Shown: positions 41,752 to 52,420, counted from the stretch's first letter. The stretch: 64,000 nt of DNA from Sedimentisphaerales bacterium (GCA_963708075.1 OY970194.1:4576001-4640000), one strand, 5' to 3'. The notes: generated from the sequence alone by a model not told the origin. Program-made: numbers and translations.

Positions 41752-41977
41752 TTTGACCCTTGTGCGGGCCGGGTCGCCCGTGCGAGACCTGAAACGCCCC
41801 AGACGGTTGGGGCGGTGACGGCAGCGTGGTGGGGCAGCAACCTTCAGGCGGATTGGGCGGCTCTGATTGATGGAACCGACCGATAACCTGAAATGGCCCG
41901 TGACGCCACGATGAGCCGGAATGACGAGTGGGTTCCTTACCGTCGGAACCCGTATGTTGCTCAGGAAAGGATGTAGA

Positions 41978-43714
41978 ATGCCAGCCAAGTCGCAGCCTGC
42001 GGCCCCTGCCGCCGAGACTTCCATCACCAAAACCGGCGCCCAGATCGTCGTCGATACGCTCGTCGACCTCGGCGTCGATACGATGTTCGGCTATACTGGC
42101 GGGGTTGTGTTGCCCCTGTTCGACAGGCTCTACGACGCCCCGATCCGATTCATCATCCCGCGCCACGAGCAGGGCGGCTGCCACATGGCCGACGCCTATG
42201 CCCGCGCCAGCGGCAAGACCGGCGTCGTTCTCGCCACCAGCGGCCCCGGGGCCTGCAACCTGGTCACCGGCCTGGGGACCGCCATGATGGATTCGATCCC
42301 GCTGGTGGCCATCACCGGCCAGGTCCGGACCGACCTGATCGGCAACGACGCGTTCCAGGAGGCCGACACCACCGGCATCACCCGCCCGGTCACCAAATAC
42401 AATTGCATCGTTAAGGACATCAAGGACCTGGAGCGGACGATCCGCGAGGCGTTCTACATCGCCTCGACCGGCCGGCCCGGTCCGGTCCTGATCGATCTGC
42501 CCGTGGACATCTCCGTCGGCAAGTGGACGTGCAACGGCAAGGCCGAGATCGACCTGCCCGGCTACAAGATCCGCACGAAAGGCCACGCCCGGCAGATCTC
42601 CATGGCCGCCGAGGCGATCAACAAATCCGAGCGGCCGGTGCTCTACGTCGGCGGCGGCGTCATCATCGGCAACGCCGCCGAGGAGCTGCGCGCGCTCGCC
42701 GAGAAGGCCCACCTGCCCGTGACCATGACCCTGCTGGGCCTGGGCAGCTACGACCAGCGGAAGCCCGAATCGCTCGACATGCTCGGCATGCACGGCTCGG
42801 CCTACGCCAACTACGCCGTCCAGGAGTGCGACCTGCTCATCGCCGTCGGGGCCCGCTTCGACGACCGCGTCACCGGCAAGGTCGCCACCTTCGCCCCGCA
42901 CGCCAAGATCATCCACATCGACATCGACCCGTCGAGCATCTCCAAGAACGTGCACGTCGATATCCCGGTCGTCGGCGACGCCAAGGACATCCTCACCGAG
43001 CTGACCAAGGAGGTCGAGCACCGCGAGCGCGAGGCCGTGGTTCACGAAGATCGCGGAGTGGAAGAAGAAGTACCCGTTCCGCTATCGACCGCGAAGGCGA
43101 CGATCATCAAGCCGCAGTACGTCATCGACGAGATCTGCCGCCAGACGAACAACGACGCCGATCATCACCACCGGCGTCGGCCAGCACCAGATGTGGACGG
43201 CCCAGTTCTACAAATTCACCAGGCCGCGGCAGTTCATCAGCTCCGGCGGCCTGGGCACGATGGGCTTCGGCCTGCCCGCCGCCATCGGCGCCCAGATCGC
43301 CCGGCCCGACGCCACCGTCATCGACATCGACGGCGACCACAGCTTCAATATGACCATGACCGAGCTGGCCACCGCCGTGCAGTACGAGCTGCCGATCAAG
43401 GTCTGCATCTTGAACAACGGCTACATGGGCATGGTCCGCCAGTGGCAGGAGCTCTTCTACGGCCACCGCTACTTCGTGCAGCTACCTGAAGAACCCCAAC
43501 TACGCCGACGTCGCCCGCGGCCCTCGGCGCCGTCGGGATCACCGTGGACAAGAAAGACGAGGTGCCGAAGGCCATCGAGCAGATGCTCGCCGAGAAGCGG
43601 CCCTGCGTGGTCGACTTCCGCGTCGAGCGGGAAGAAAATGTCTGGCCGATGGTCCCTGCCGGCAAGAGCCTCAGCGACATGGACGGCCTGACAATCCTGG
43701 AAAGCATGGCGTAA
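41978..43714 (+). CDS. ilvB: Acetolactate synthase large subunit, copy 2 (frameshifts in the 3' half)
   Basis: [18 protein letters not shown] and the same motifs as copy 1; ends [27 protein letters not shown]. Confidence 0.93.
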
Positions 43715-43716
43715 CC

Positions 43717-43875
43717 GCACGAGAAATCCGAAATCCAAATGTCGAAATCGGAGACAATGATGAATGACAGAAACTCGAAATTCGAAACGGGCCCCGAGTC
43801 GGCGACAGCGTTTGGGACATTTGAGTTTTGCCTATTCGAATTTGTTTCGGATTTCGGATTTCGTGCTTCGTGCTT
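43717..43875. repeat. Heptamer-based inverted low-complexity repeat (GAAATCC/TTCGGAT)
   Basis: GCACGAGAAATCCGAAATCC ... TTTCGGATTTCGGATTTCGTGCTTCGTGC between ilvB and ilvN. Confidence 0.75.
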
Positions 43876-43931
43876 ATCTTGAAGAGTGGTCGTAGGGTGT
43901 GCACCGCACACCTTGCAGGAGCGGATAGACT

Positions 43932-44423
43932 ATGAAACACATCATCAGTGCACTGGTCGAGAATAAGCCGGGCGTTTTGGCCCACGTCGCAGGCATGTTC
44001 GCCGCTCGCGGCTTCAATATCGATTCGCTGGTCGTCGGTCGCACGGAGGACCCGAAGCTCAGCCGCATGACCATCGTCGTCATCGGCGACGACCGCATCG
44101 TCGAGCAGGTCCGCAAGCAGCTCGCCCGCATCATCCCGGTCGTCAAGGTCCAGGACTTCGTCGGCAAGCCCGTCGTCGCCCGCGACCTGATGCTGGTCAC
44201 CGTCGCTGTCCCGCCCGAGAAGCGACCGGAGATCGTCTCCATGGTCGAGATGTTCCGCGGCCACGTTGTCGATATCGGCGCCAAGAGCCTCATGATCGAG
44301 GTCAGCGGACCCGAGACGAAGATCGAGGCCTTCCTCGACGTCTGCCGGCCCTACGGCATCAAGAACGTCGCCCGCACCGGCACCATCGCCATGCCCCGCC
44401 AAGGCACCGGCGGCGAGGACTGA
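43932..44423 (+). CDS. ilvN: Acetolactate synthase small subunit
   Basis: MKHIISALVENKPGVLAHVAGMFAARGFNIDSLVVG..ARTG. Confidence 0.96.
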   Translation: MKHIISALVENKPGVLAHVAGMFAARGFNIDSLVVGRTEDPKLSRMTIVVIGDDRIVEQVRKQLARIIPVVKVQDFVGKPVVARDLMLVTVAVPPEKRPEIVSMVEMFRGHVVDIGAKSLMIEVSGPETKIEAFLDVCRPYGIKNVARTGTIAMPRQGTGGED

Positions 44424-44605
44424 CGACCCACACCCAACGACCGATAATCATCGCTTCCACGCATCCGGCTGCCCGCCACGTGCGATGACCGTGCTGGAAT
44501 TTCGCGCATGTATCCTGCCCTGCCTCGGCGATCCGAATGGGCCTTCCGTGCAGGCTGGGCGCCGTCCGTGATCGTGCCTGCCTGTTTGAGGGTCGCACAA
44601 GTCGC

Positions 44606-44828
44606 GGGTGTGGTCGCAATACGGTGGCGGTCCATTCGGCTTTCGTGGCATGGGCGTCCCGCCCATGAGTTACAGGGCCATTCCCCGCCTTCGCGAGGGC
44701 AAGCTTCGGCCCTGCCTCCACGGGCGAGACGCCCGTGATACTCATGGGCAAGATGCCCATGCTACGTGAGCACAAAGGCTCGCCGTGCCAAGCCGCTCGA
44801 ATCCGCCACCGAATGCCGGCCACACCCC
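44606..44828. repeat. Composite repeat: family C arms enclosing GTGGCATGGGCGTCCCGCCCATG...CATGGGCAAGATGCCCATGCTAC
   Basis: Inverted arms and nested hairpins read directly. Confidence 0.75.
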
Positions 44829-44992
44829 AAGTCGCCCCTCTCCGGATACCGGCTAATGAAAAAAAGGCCTTTCTGCCGATGGGTATTCTGTGGACTGTTT
44901 CTGTCCGTGTCGAGCGTAAACAAGGCCTGTGCTGCCGAAACCTCTATGAGAGACCCTTCAGGCGGCCGCGAGTGAGAATTGGAGATCGAATC

Positions 44993-45730
44993 ATGGGAAA
45001 AAAGACTGTCGTTGTGGCACTCACCATCCTGTTCCTCAGTTCCGCAAGTTACGCCCTGGACCCCCTGGGACCGCCGAAAGCGTTGCTCGACCAGGGCCAG
45101 TGGAGTCCGAGCGTCGAGTACGCCTACAGCGAGATGCGCGTCGAATTGGACAACGACTCCGCCAACGGCGACGCACTTAACGGGGACTCGACAGAAATCC
45201 AGGCCAATAAAGCCTACGCCAATCTGCGCTATGGCTTGTTGGGGAACGTGGATCTGTTCGGGCGTGTCGGGCTTTCGACGTTCGACACTCCAAAGCTAGG
45301 CCAAGAGGGGGATGCGGACTTCGCTTGGGGCTTGGGTGCCGCCGCTACGATTCGTGACACGGAAAAGCTTGACTGGGGCGTACTCGTCCAACTCAGCCGT
45401 GGAGAGTCCGAGGCGCGTCAGGGGTGGCCGTTCTTCAATGAGACCGGGATAGAATTCTGGTCCCTCCAGGTGGCCGGAGGTCCGACGTACCAGATCTGCG
45501 ACGAGATGGCTGTCTTTGGCGGCCTGTTCTACAACATGCTCGATGGGGAATTGGATCGGGACATAGGGGCTCCCGTTGACCTTGACGCAGACTTGGAGGA
45601 GGAGAACCCCTTTGGTGTATTCGCCGGCCTCGACTGGGCGTTGAAGGAGAACGCCCACTTGGCCTTCGAGGTCCAGTACGCCGGATCGACCTATGCCGTC
45701 GCCGCCGGCCTGCGCTGGTTCCTCAAATAA
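44993..45730 (+). CDS. Outer-membrane beta-barrel protein
   Basis: Signal peptide, alternating amphipathic strands, C-terminal AGLRWFLK. Confidence 0.7.
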   Translation: MGKKTVVVALTILFLSSASYALDPLGPPKALLDQGQWSPSVEYAYSEMRVELDNDSANGDALNGDSTEIQANKAYANLRYGLLGNVDLFGRVGLSTFDTPKLGQEGDADFAWGLGAAATIRDTEKLDWGVLVQLSRGESEARQGWPFFNETGIEFWSLQVAGGPTYQICDEMAVFGGLFYNMLDGELDRDIGAPVDLDADLEEENPFGVFAGLDWALKENAHLAFEVQYAGSTYAVAAGLRWFLK

Positions 45731-45881
45731 ACATCATCTGACTTCCAAACCCGGCTGCCCGCGCCGGTCCCCTCCCTCGCAGATCGGGACCGGCGCCGCA
45801 GCCGGCCAATCCTGCATCCACTCATCCACATCCCCGACAGTCCTCCGGCAAAGCACCAATAGCGAACACTGAGGATGACTG

Positions 45882-46556
45882 TCAGCGTCCTGCCAATACC
45901 TCCAGTTTCGCGATCCAGTCGTTGAAGTGAGGGCATTGCGCTCGCATCGCTTCCAAACCGATTTTCTGACTGATGAGGACTCCGTCCACAACCTTGTCGT
46001 ACTCGGCATTCAGCCCGACGATTCTCTTGGATGGCGCAGTTTGCTCGCTATCATTGATCTCTTCGGGTGAGTCGAACTGATCCCTAATACGTTGGACTTC
46101 TGAGTCGTCGATAAGATTCAGCGCTTGGGCCAACATACCTGGATCACTGAACAACAGGGCTTCGAACTCATACATCTGGACATACGGGATGAATCGCAAG
46201 CAATCGAACCTCTTACCCAGTTCGCCAGAGATGTCCGCGAGTATCGCCGCCTCAATGATGACGGCTTTTTCTTCCGCAAACCGCTTGTGTATTGCTTCCT
46301 TTCGTTTCGGCCAACTCTTGGGCGGCATACGATAGTAGTCAAACATCGTCGTGCAGAAAGTGCTAGCCTCCTGCTTCAGAGTGCGCAGAATATGGTCACG
46401 GGCACGCGAATACTCACCGATGCCACCTTTATGTCCGGACTCGCCAATCAATATCGGGTAGAGGTATGTGTCTTGCCCATTGAAGTGTGGCTGTAGCACA
46501 CCCTTAACGAAGGCCTCCTCTGTCTGCCCCTCAACCAGGACGTGGACCCGAATCAT
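45882..46556 (-). CDS. DUF4276-family (TOPRIM-like) protein
   Basis: VLVEGQTEE, TTMFDYY, YEFEALLFSD, PEEIND..PSKRI, CPHFNDW. Confidence 0.85.
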   Translation of the reverse strand: MIRVHVLVEGQTEEAFVKGVLQPHFNGQDTYLYPILIGESGHKGGIGEYSRARDHILRTLKQEASTFCTTMFDYYRMPPKSWPKRKEAIHKRFAEEKAVIIEAAILADISGELGKRFDCLRFIPYVQMYEFEALLFSDPGMLAQALNLIDDSEVQRIRDQFDSPEEINDSEQTAPSKRIVGLNAEYDKVVDGVLISQKIGLEAMRAQCPHFNDWIAKLEVLAGR

Positions 46557-46557
46557 T

Positions 46558-47685
46558 CTATGGTCTCCCCCCGATCACGTTCTTCTGCCACAACTCGCCG
46601 AGGGAGTAGTCCTTCAGCCATTCCTCCAACTCGGCAGACGACAGGCGTTTGAATACGGATTCCCCATCCTTACGCTCCACTACAATAACGTCCTCAGCTT
46701 CAAAGTTGTCCAGCAGTGGCGAGGACTGCGTGGAGACGATAACCTGCATCCTGGTGGCAGCTTTCTTCAAGAGTCCCGCCAGCAGATTCAGGGCGTATGG
46801 ATGCAACCCCAATTCCGGCTCATCCAGAAGAATCGTGGTCGGTGGGTTGGGCTGCAACAAGGCCGTAGTCAGGGCAATGAAGCGCAACGTACCATCCGAA
46901 AGCTGGCTCGCATTAAATGGATAGTCGCTACCTTTTTGTGTCCACTCAAGCTGGATCTGGATGTCCCCTTTGGACGGTTGGGACCTGAGCTTGAAATCGT
47001 CAAAGAATGGATTGGCGAGGCGAATGGTATCTCGTATCTTCTCATAAGTGGCCGGATGCACATCACGCAACATGAGTAGAAACGCCGCTACGTTTCCCGC
47101 ATCGGGACGCAGATATTCATTGTCGCGCACGGAGCCGATCCGTCGCATCGGGGCCAACATGCTCGTATCGTGAAAATGATACACAATCCAACTGCGTACC
47201 GATTCAGAGATGTTCAGCCCCATTGCGTCGAAGAGCTTGGCGAGAAGCTTGCCCGCCTCAGATTCCCCATCATAAGGCCCTCTGAAGGCAGGCTCACGGA
47301 TCCTCTCGGATGCAGAATAAGTAGCCCCGCCAGCTTTACTGCCGCCAGCATAATGTATCTGCTGGCCTTCGAACATCAATTCAGCCGAGCTTGTCGGGAC
47401 CAGGTTGAACTCGTAGACATGCTGACCAAATTCGAGACGCGCTGCTATGCGCCGCGTGTACTTGGGGCCTAGGAAGAAGAAACCGTCAGATCCTCCGTGC
47501 TCTCTGACGAACCCCGGGAGGCTGCCATCGATTATTGCCCGAAGCAATCGAAAGAAGTCAATAAAATTGCTCTTGCCCGCGCCGTTGGCGCCGATCAGGA
47601 TGTTCAGGCTTTTCAGGGGAAAGTCCTGCAAATCCTTGATGGATTTGAATCCTCTCAGCGTGATCTTGTCGATCTGTCGTCCCAT
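46558..47685 (-). CDS. ABC/AAA_21-type ATPase
   Basis: GFKSI, LIGANGAGKSN, LSDGTLRF, ILLDEPELGLHP, IVSTQS. Confidence 0.92.
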   Translation of the reverse strand: MGRQIDKITLRGFKSIKDLQDFPLKSLNILIGANGAGKSNFIDFFRLLRAIIDGSLPGFVREHGGSDGFFFLGPKYTRRIAARLEFGQHVYEFNLVPTSSAELMFEGQQIHYAGGSKAGGATYSASERIREPAFRGPYDGESEAGKLLAKLFDAMGLNISESVRSWIVYHFHDTSMLAPMRRIGSVRDNEYLRPDAGNVAAFLLMLRDVHPATYEKIRDTIRLANPFFDDFKLRSQPSKGDIQIQLEWTQKGSDYPFNASQLSDGTLRFIALTTALLQPNPPTTILLDEPELGLHPYALNLLAGLLKKAATRMQVIVSTQSSPLLDNFEAEDVIVVERKDGESVFKRLSSAELEEWLKDYSLGELWQKNVIGGRP

Positions 47686-47895
47686 CGTCCTGAATCCCGT
47701 TCGTTGCCCATGGTTCGTCTTCAACACAGGTCATGCCCGACCCGGCGGATCATCCAATAGATACGATTACGCCAGTGTCGTCAAGGCCGGAGTTGACTCG
47801 GGAAACGACCATCCACACCTCGTTTCTCCATATGTTCCGGGGCTTGCTCATAGCCCATATCTCTGCCAAGCTGCGGGGCGTTATCCGATGGCAAC

Positions 47896-48732
47896 TCATT
47901 CGGCCTTCCTCTTGCGTCGGGCGGCACGGGGCTTGCCGTTCCGTCTTGCCTTCCTCATGTTGGCCTTTGTCCCGATAGCGCGCGTGTCTCTCTTGGCTTC
48001 TTTGCCTCTGGTCCTCTTACCTTCTTTCTTCAAGGCCGCCTGGTAGTTTGCATGGACCTCTTGTCGGCGTTCGGGGGGCCATTCCTCGGGGAAGTTCAGA
48101 TTGGCGAACTCGCCGAAGCGCTCCACGGCGGCACGGTCGTAGGTCCTCGCCGCGTCGATCTCGCTCTCGCAAAAGCCGAGCCAGATGTATTCGCCCGCGA
48201 TGACAATTTCCGCAAACCATTTTTTGTTTCTCTTTCTGTATCCGACGCCCCTGTACTGCGAGATGGAGGCGACGCGTTTGGCTCTGTTACGCGCGTTTTC
48301 GCCGGGCGTGCAGGGGCGGAGATTGAGCCGGGTGTTGTCCATCTTGTTGCGATTGGTGTGGTCGACAACCTCCCCCTCACGTGGCTGTGCGATCTCGCGG
48401 TGCATGTAGATCCTCCTGCCCTTCTCGTATCGGACAGCGTACCCACCCTCCATATGCCAAGCCCACTGGCCGAGCCATTCGTAGTCGGCGGCGTCGACGT
48501 AGGCGTAGAGGCCGTCGGACAGGGGGATGCGCTTGGCGGCCTTGTCGGGGTCGGCGGGCCTGGGGCGATAGTTGCGGCAGACCTCGCCGGGCGGGACCGG
48601 CCTCAATCGGCCGACCGAGTCCGGGTGGTTGGCGCAGATCGGCCGGCTCGGAAAGCCCGAGGACAGGCTCGTCATCCACTGGCATCGGTCCCAATAGGCG
48701 TACACACACGTGGTACAGCTTCGAATGGCCAT
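47896..48732 (-). CDS. HNH endonuclease with AP2 domain and Cys-rich N-terminus (copy 2)
   Basis: MHREIA..VDHTNRNKMDNTRLNLR; SQYRGV..WLGFCESEIDAARTYDRAAVERFGEFANLNFPEEWP; upstream TTGACT-17-TAGCAT at 48805-48833 on the minus strand. Confidence 0.88.
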   Translation of the reverse strand: MAIRSCTTCVYAYWDRCQWMTSLSSGFPSRPICANHPDSVGRLRPVPPGEVCRNYRPRPADPDKAAKRIPLSDGLYAYVDAADYEWLGQWAWHMEGGYAVRYEKGRRIYMHREIAQPREGEVVDHTNRNKMDNTRLNLRPCTPGENARNRAKRVASISQYRGVGYRKRNKKWFAEIVIAGEYIWLGFCESEIDAARTYDRAAVERFGEFANLNFPEEWPPERRQEVHANYQAALKKEGKRTRGKEAKRDTRAIGTKANMRKARRNGKPRAARRKRKAE

Positions 48733-49023
48733 GTGTTTCTCCCTTCCCGTAATCGTCGTCAGTCATCCGGCCAATGACTCGGCACACCCTGCGAGGTTTG
48801 CTCCATGCTACGTGAGTATGGTCATTCAGTCAAGACCAAAACCGGAGAAAAATGCAGAGTCACGCGCCGACCGGTTCGAGTGCGGCGGCGGCAGAGCGCT
48901 GTCGGCCACAGTCATTTTGAACGCCATGGTACGGGGTGCGTACCTTCTCTCAGCGATGCACGGTTCACAGCAGAATCTGTGAAACGGGGAGAACATGTTG
49001 AATTGGCTGTAGGAGGAGCAACC

Positions 49024-49497
49024 GTGAGCACGGGCAAGAAGGCCGCCAATCGCCGGCGGCAGCCGTTCTGGAAGCGTCACTCGCTCAGTCTCGTCGCGGG
49101 GGGCATTCTGGCGCTGTGGTTCGTGCTGTATCTGGGGGCGGATCCCAAATCGCATGTGGGGTCCTTCTTCGGCAACGCGATCGCGGACTGGACGGGCGTG
49201 GTCATCACGATCCTGGCCACCAAGTGGTTCTTCGAGAAGGGCTCGCGCGAGAGCCGCCAGCCTCGCCGGAGGCACAGCAACCCGGTTCTCGAGCTCCTTC
49301 ACGAACACTCCCTCACGCTCTTTCTTATCGCGACCGGACTCGGCTGGATCATGCTGTTCTCCCGGGTCGATCCGGAGGCCAAGTGGGGAACTGTGGTCAG
49401 CAATATCGTCTCCGAGTGGTCGCAGCAGATCGGGCTGGTGGTCATGACCAAAAAGTTGATCGAGCCCGGCTCCAAAGAAAGCGCCGATGAGGGCTGA
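49024..49497 (+). CDS. Small membrane protein with internal duplication
   Basis: Two repeats: HSLSL...KWFFEKGSRES and HSLTL...KKLIEPGSKES. Confidence 0.65.
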   Translation: MSTGKKAANRRRQPFWKRHSLSLVAGGILALWFVLYLGADPKSHVGSFFGNAIADWTGVVITILATKWFFEKGSRESRQPRRRHSNPVLELLHEHSLTLFLIATGLGWIMLFSRVDPEAKWGTVVSNIVSEWSQQIGLVVMTKKLIEPGSKESADEG

Positions 49498-49524
49498 TGG
49501 TCTGACGCGCGGGACCTGTCGTTT

Positions 49525-49706
49525 GGGGTGCGGTCGGCATTCGGTGGCGAATTCGGGACTCAGCGTAGGACGAACGGCCCCGCTCGTCCCTCTTGGGCTG
49601 CGGCCTTGTACGGTATCCAGTCCACCGCAAGGGCCCGGAATGGTCGTGCGGGGACGCACGACCTACGAAGAAGCCCGTCGATTGCCACCGTATTCCGACC
49701 ACACCC
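49525..49706. repeat. Composite repeat, family C
   Basis: GGGGTGCGGTCGGCATTCGGTGGC ... GCCACCGTATTCCGACCACACCC. Confidence 0.75.
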
Positions 49707-49715
49707 GTCGTTTGC

Positions 49716-50882
49716 CTATGGCCGTGCGTCCGTGCCGGCGAGCCAGTCGCGGCTGAAGCGGGCGAGGGCGATTCGCTCGTAGGGGTGTTTTTCTCCAGCC
49801 TCGAAGAGGCATGCGATGTCGCCATTCGGCAGGATGGCGAGGCAGGAATAGGCGGCCGGACCGGGCCATATCACTCGGCTCATGGGCCATGTCTTGCCTT
49901 CGTCTTCGCTCATGCGGATGGTCATGTCCCGCCGCTGGCCCGGCTCCGCGTGGGCGGGATTGGAGAAGAGCAGGCGGTTGCGGTCGTTCTGCGGCTGCAT
50001 CGTGTACCGCAGGAGGCTCGCCTGGCAGATGGGCTCGATGAGGGCCGGATCGTGCCGGACGTCAGACCAAGTGATTCCGCCATCCGTGCTGGTGGCGATG
50101 GCCCGCGTGGTCTTCGAGCGGTCGTAGTTTCGCATGTTGATCAGGAGCGTGCCGTCGATCAGCTCGACCGCCTGACACTCGTTGACGGCCGGGCGAATGA
50201 CGCCGCCCAATTGCCAGGTCCGGCCGTGATCGTCGCTGTATATCACGTGGGAGTTGTAGCCGTCCGGATCGTCGGGCAGTGCGAGACTGTGGTCGCAGGG
50301 AATCAGCATGCGACCCTTCCACGAGCCCTGCGTGAGTTGAATGCCGACGCCGGAGCCGGTGGCGTACCATCGCCACTCCGTGCGCTTCACGTCGGCGGTA
50401 ATCTCCCGCGGCTTGGCCCATGTCCGGCCGTTGTCATCGCTGTGCGTGACGAACACCCGTCGGGTGTCCCTGCCCGTGTTCTGCTTGATTTCCTTCTCGT
50501 CATCCTCGCCATGGTTCCACGTCATCGGCAACCAGATCACGCCCGTCGTTCGATCCACCACAGGGCACGGGTTGCCGCAGGTGTTCGCCCCATCGTCCCA
50601 GACGACCTGCGGCGGGCTCCACGTCCTGCCGCCATCGACGGAACGCTTCACAAGCAGGTCGATATCGCCGCTATCGGATCGGCTGTTCTTTCGCCCTTCA
50701 CAGAAGGCCAGCAGGTCGCCGCCGGGCGTCGCAAGCACAGCGGGAATCCGATAGGTGTGGTACCCACCCTCGCCGCTCACAAACACATCGGCGAGTTGAA
50801 GCCCATGTGCGGGGCCCGCCCCGGCCGCACAGCAAAGCGGAATGACAAGCCATCCGATTATGACACCTGTTACGCCTATCAT
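49716..50882 (-). CDS. Exo-alpha-sialidase (GH33)
   Basis: YRIP motif; Asp boxes SVDGGRTW, SDDNGRTW, SDDHGRTW, STDGGITW, SEDEGKTW; AAYS. Confidence 0.92.
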   Translation of the reverse strand: MIGVTGVIIGWLVIPLCCAAGAGPAHGLQLADVFVSGEGGYHTYRIPAVLATPGGDLLAFCEGRKNSRSDSGDIDLLVKRSVDGGRTWSPPQVVWDDGANTCGNPCPVVDRTTGVIWLPMTWNHGEDDEKEIKQNTGRDTRRVFVTHSDDNGRTWAKPREITADVKRTEWRWYATGSGVGIQLTQGSWKGRMLIPCDHSLALPDDPDGYNSHVIYSDDHGRTWQLGGVIRPAVNECQAVELIDGTLLINMRNYDRSKTTRAIATSTDGGITWSDVRHDPALIEPICQASLLRYTMQPQNDRNRLLFSNPAHAEPGQRRDMTIRMSEDEGKTWPMSRVIWPGPAAYSCLAILPNGDIACLFEAGEKHPYERIALARFSRDWLAGTDARP

Positions 50883-51024
50883 AGAAAAGCGGTGGGCGGA
50901 GCCCCCTACCGGCTGTCGCCCTGCTCGGGACCCCTTATACCATGACATAGACTGTTGTGCCACCATGCGTGTCTGCAAATACCGCCCGCAGCAACCAGCC
51001 GACTGTCGCACGGGGACCACGAGC

Positions 51025-51120
51025 CGGGTGGCAGCGGCAAGTGCCGGCTTGCCGATGGCTCGTGTCCAAGTCCGCACGCCATCGGCAAGCTCCGAAGACT
51101 CCGCTTGCCGCTGCCACCCG
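51025..51120. repeat. REP-like palindrome, family A
   Basis: CGGGTGGCAGCGGCAAG...GCTTGCCGCTGCCACCCG. Confidence 0.8.
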
Positions 51121-51376
51121 TATCCAGTGGGTTAGAGTAGCCGGAGTGGCGGGGTGAGTTTGGCCGGCTGCGTCTCTCGCAATCGGACGCGAATTGTGTT
51201 AGAATCGCCGTGCGGCTTGTGGGTGGTTTGCCCGGTCATTGCCGGCCGGATCGCTCGTGGCTCAGCGCTCGAACAAGTCCGGGGCTCGCCGAATATACAC
51301 TGTAGCGAGAGGCTTGTGTTCTCGGGTGGTAAGAAGGTTGGCGGCAACAGACGCCGTGTATCACGGCTCCTGATGG

Positions 51377-52420
51377 ATGATAGAAAACATGCATAGCACT
51401 GTCGGTTTGAAGCTTGGCACGCTGGCGCTGGATGTCCCGTTTTTCCAGGCCTCGCTGAGCGGCTACAGCGATCACGCCATGCGGACACTCGCCCGCCGGT
51501 TCGGCTGTCCGTTCACGATGACCGACGTGATGCTGGATAAGAGCGTGATTCATCCCCAGTTTCAGAGCAAGGCCTGCTTCCGACCCGGCGACGACGAGCA
51601 CCCGGTGGGCGCCCAGATCCTTGGCAAGACCCCGGCGACGATGGCCCGGGCCGCCCACTCCCTGGAAGCCGCCGGCTATGACCTCATCGATCTGAATTTC
51701 GCCTGTCCGGCCCCCAAGGTTCTGCGCCGCGGCCGCGGCGGGGCCCTGCTCGACCACCCGGACGCCGCGATCGACATTTTGAAAGCGGTCCGGGACGCCG
51801 TCCGCTGCCCCGTTCTCATGAAGCTCCGCATCGGCATGAACCACTCGGCCCGGTCGCGGGACTGCTTCTGGGAGATCGTGACTCGCTCCATCGAGCAAGA
51901 GGTCGATGCCCTCGTAATTCATGGACGCACAGTATCCGAAATGTACCGGGGCAAGTCCGACTGGGACACCGTTGCGGAGGTCAAGAGCCGTTTCCCGGCC
52001 GCCACGATCATCGGCAGCGGCGACATCTTCGATCCGCCAGCCACTTTCGAGCTGATGAAAAGGACCGGGCTCGACGGCTTCGTCGTCGCCCGAGGCGCGA
52101 TCGGCAATGCCTGGATCTTCCGCGACCTGCGCTGTGTATGGGAGAACCGCCCTCTGCCGCCGCCGCCCGACCTCGCCGAGCAGCGGCTCATCATGCTCGA
52201 ACATCTCGATCGGGTTTCGTCGGGCCACGCGGAGAAGTGGGCGGTCAATTACTTCCGCAAATTCGTCATCTACTACACGCGCCGCCACCCGAAACGCAAA
52301 CACGTCCTGCTGGCCCTGCTCAAAGCCAGAACCCGCGCCGAAGTCGAGGCCGGAATCAACGCTTGGTACACCGACGCCACTGCCGCCGAGTCCGCCTGCT
52401 GCCCGCCCTCTCTGTCGTGA
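51377..52420 (+). CDS. tRNA-dihydrouridine synthase (Dus family)
   Basis: IDLNFACPAPKV..GGALL, KLRIG, IHGRT, SGDIF, ARGAIGNAWIF. Confidence 0.9.
   Translation: MIENMHSTVGLKLGTLALDVPFFQASLSGYSDHAMRTLARRFGCPFTMTDVMLDKSVIHPQFQSKACFRPGDDEHPVGAQILGKTPATMARAAHSLEAAGYDLIDLNFACPAPKVLRRGRGGALLDHPDAAIDILKAVRDAVRCPVLMKLRIGMNHSARSRDCFWEIVTRSIEQEVDALVIHGRTVSEMYRGKSDWDTVAEVKSRFPAATIIGSGDIFDPPATFELMKRTGLDGFVVARGAIGNAWIFRDLRCVWENRPLPPPPDLAEQRLIMLEHLDRVSSGHAEKWAVNYFRKFVIYYTRRHPKRKHVLLALLKARTRAEVEAGINAWYTDATAAESACCPPSLS

Noticed and set aside
41747..41818. Short ORF MILTLVRAG... as an ilv attenuator leader peptide (a similar MILELRL... lies at 39745-39804)
   Set aside because: The ATG overlaps the predicted -10 box (TATGAT), so it would not be in the transcript. 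Neither ORF has a convincing run of Ile/Leu/Val codons or a following U-tailed terminator.
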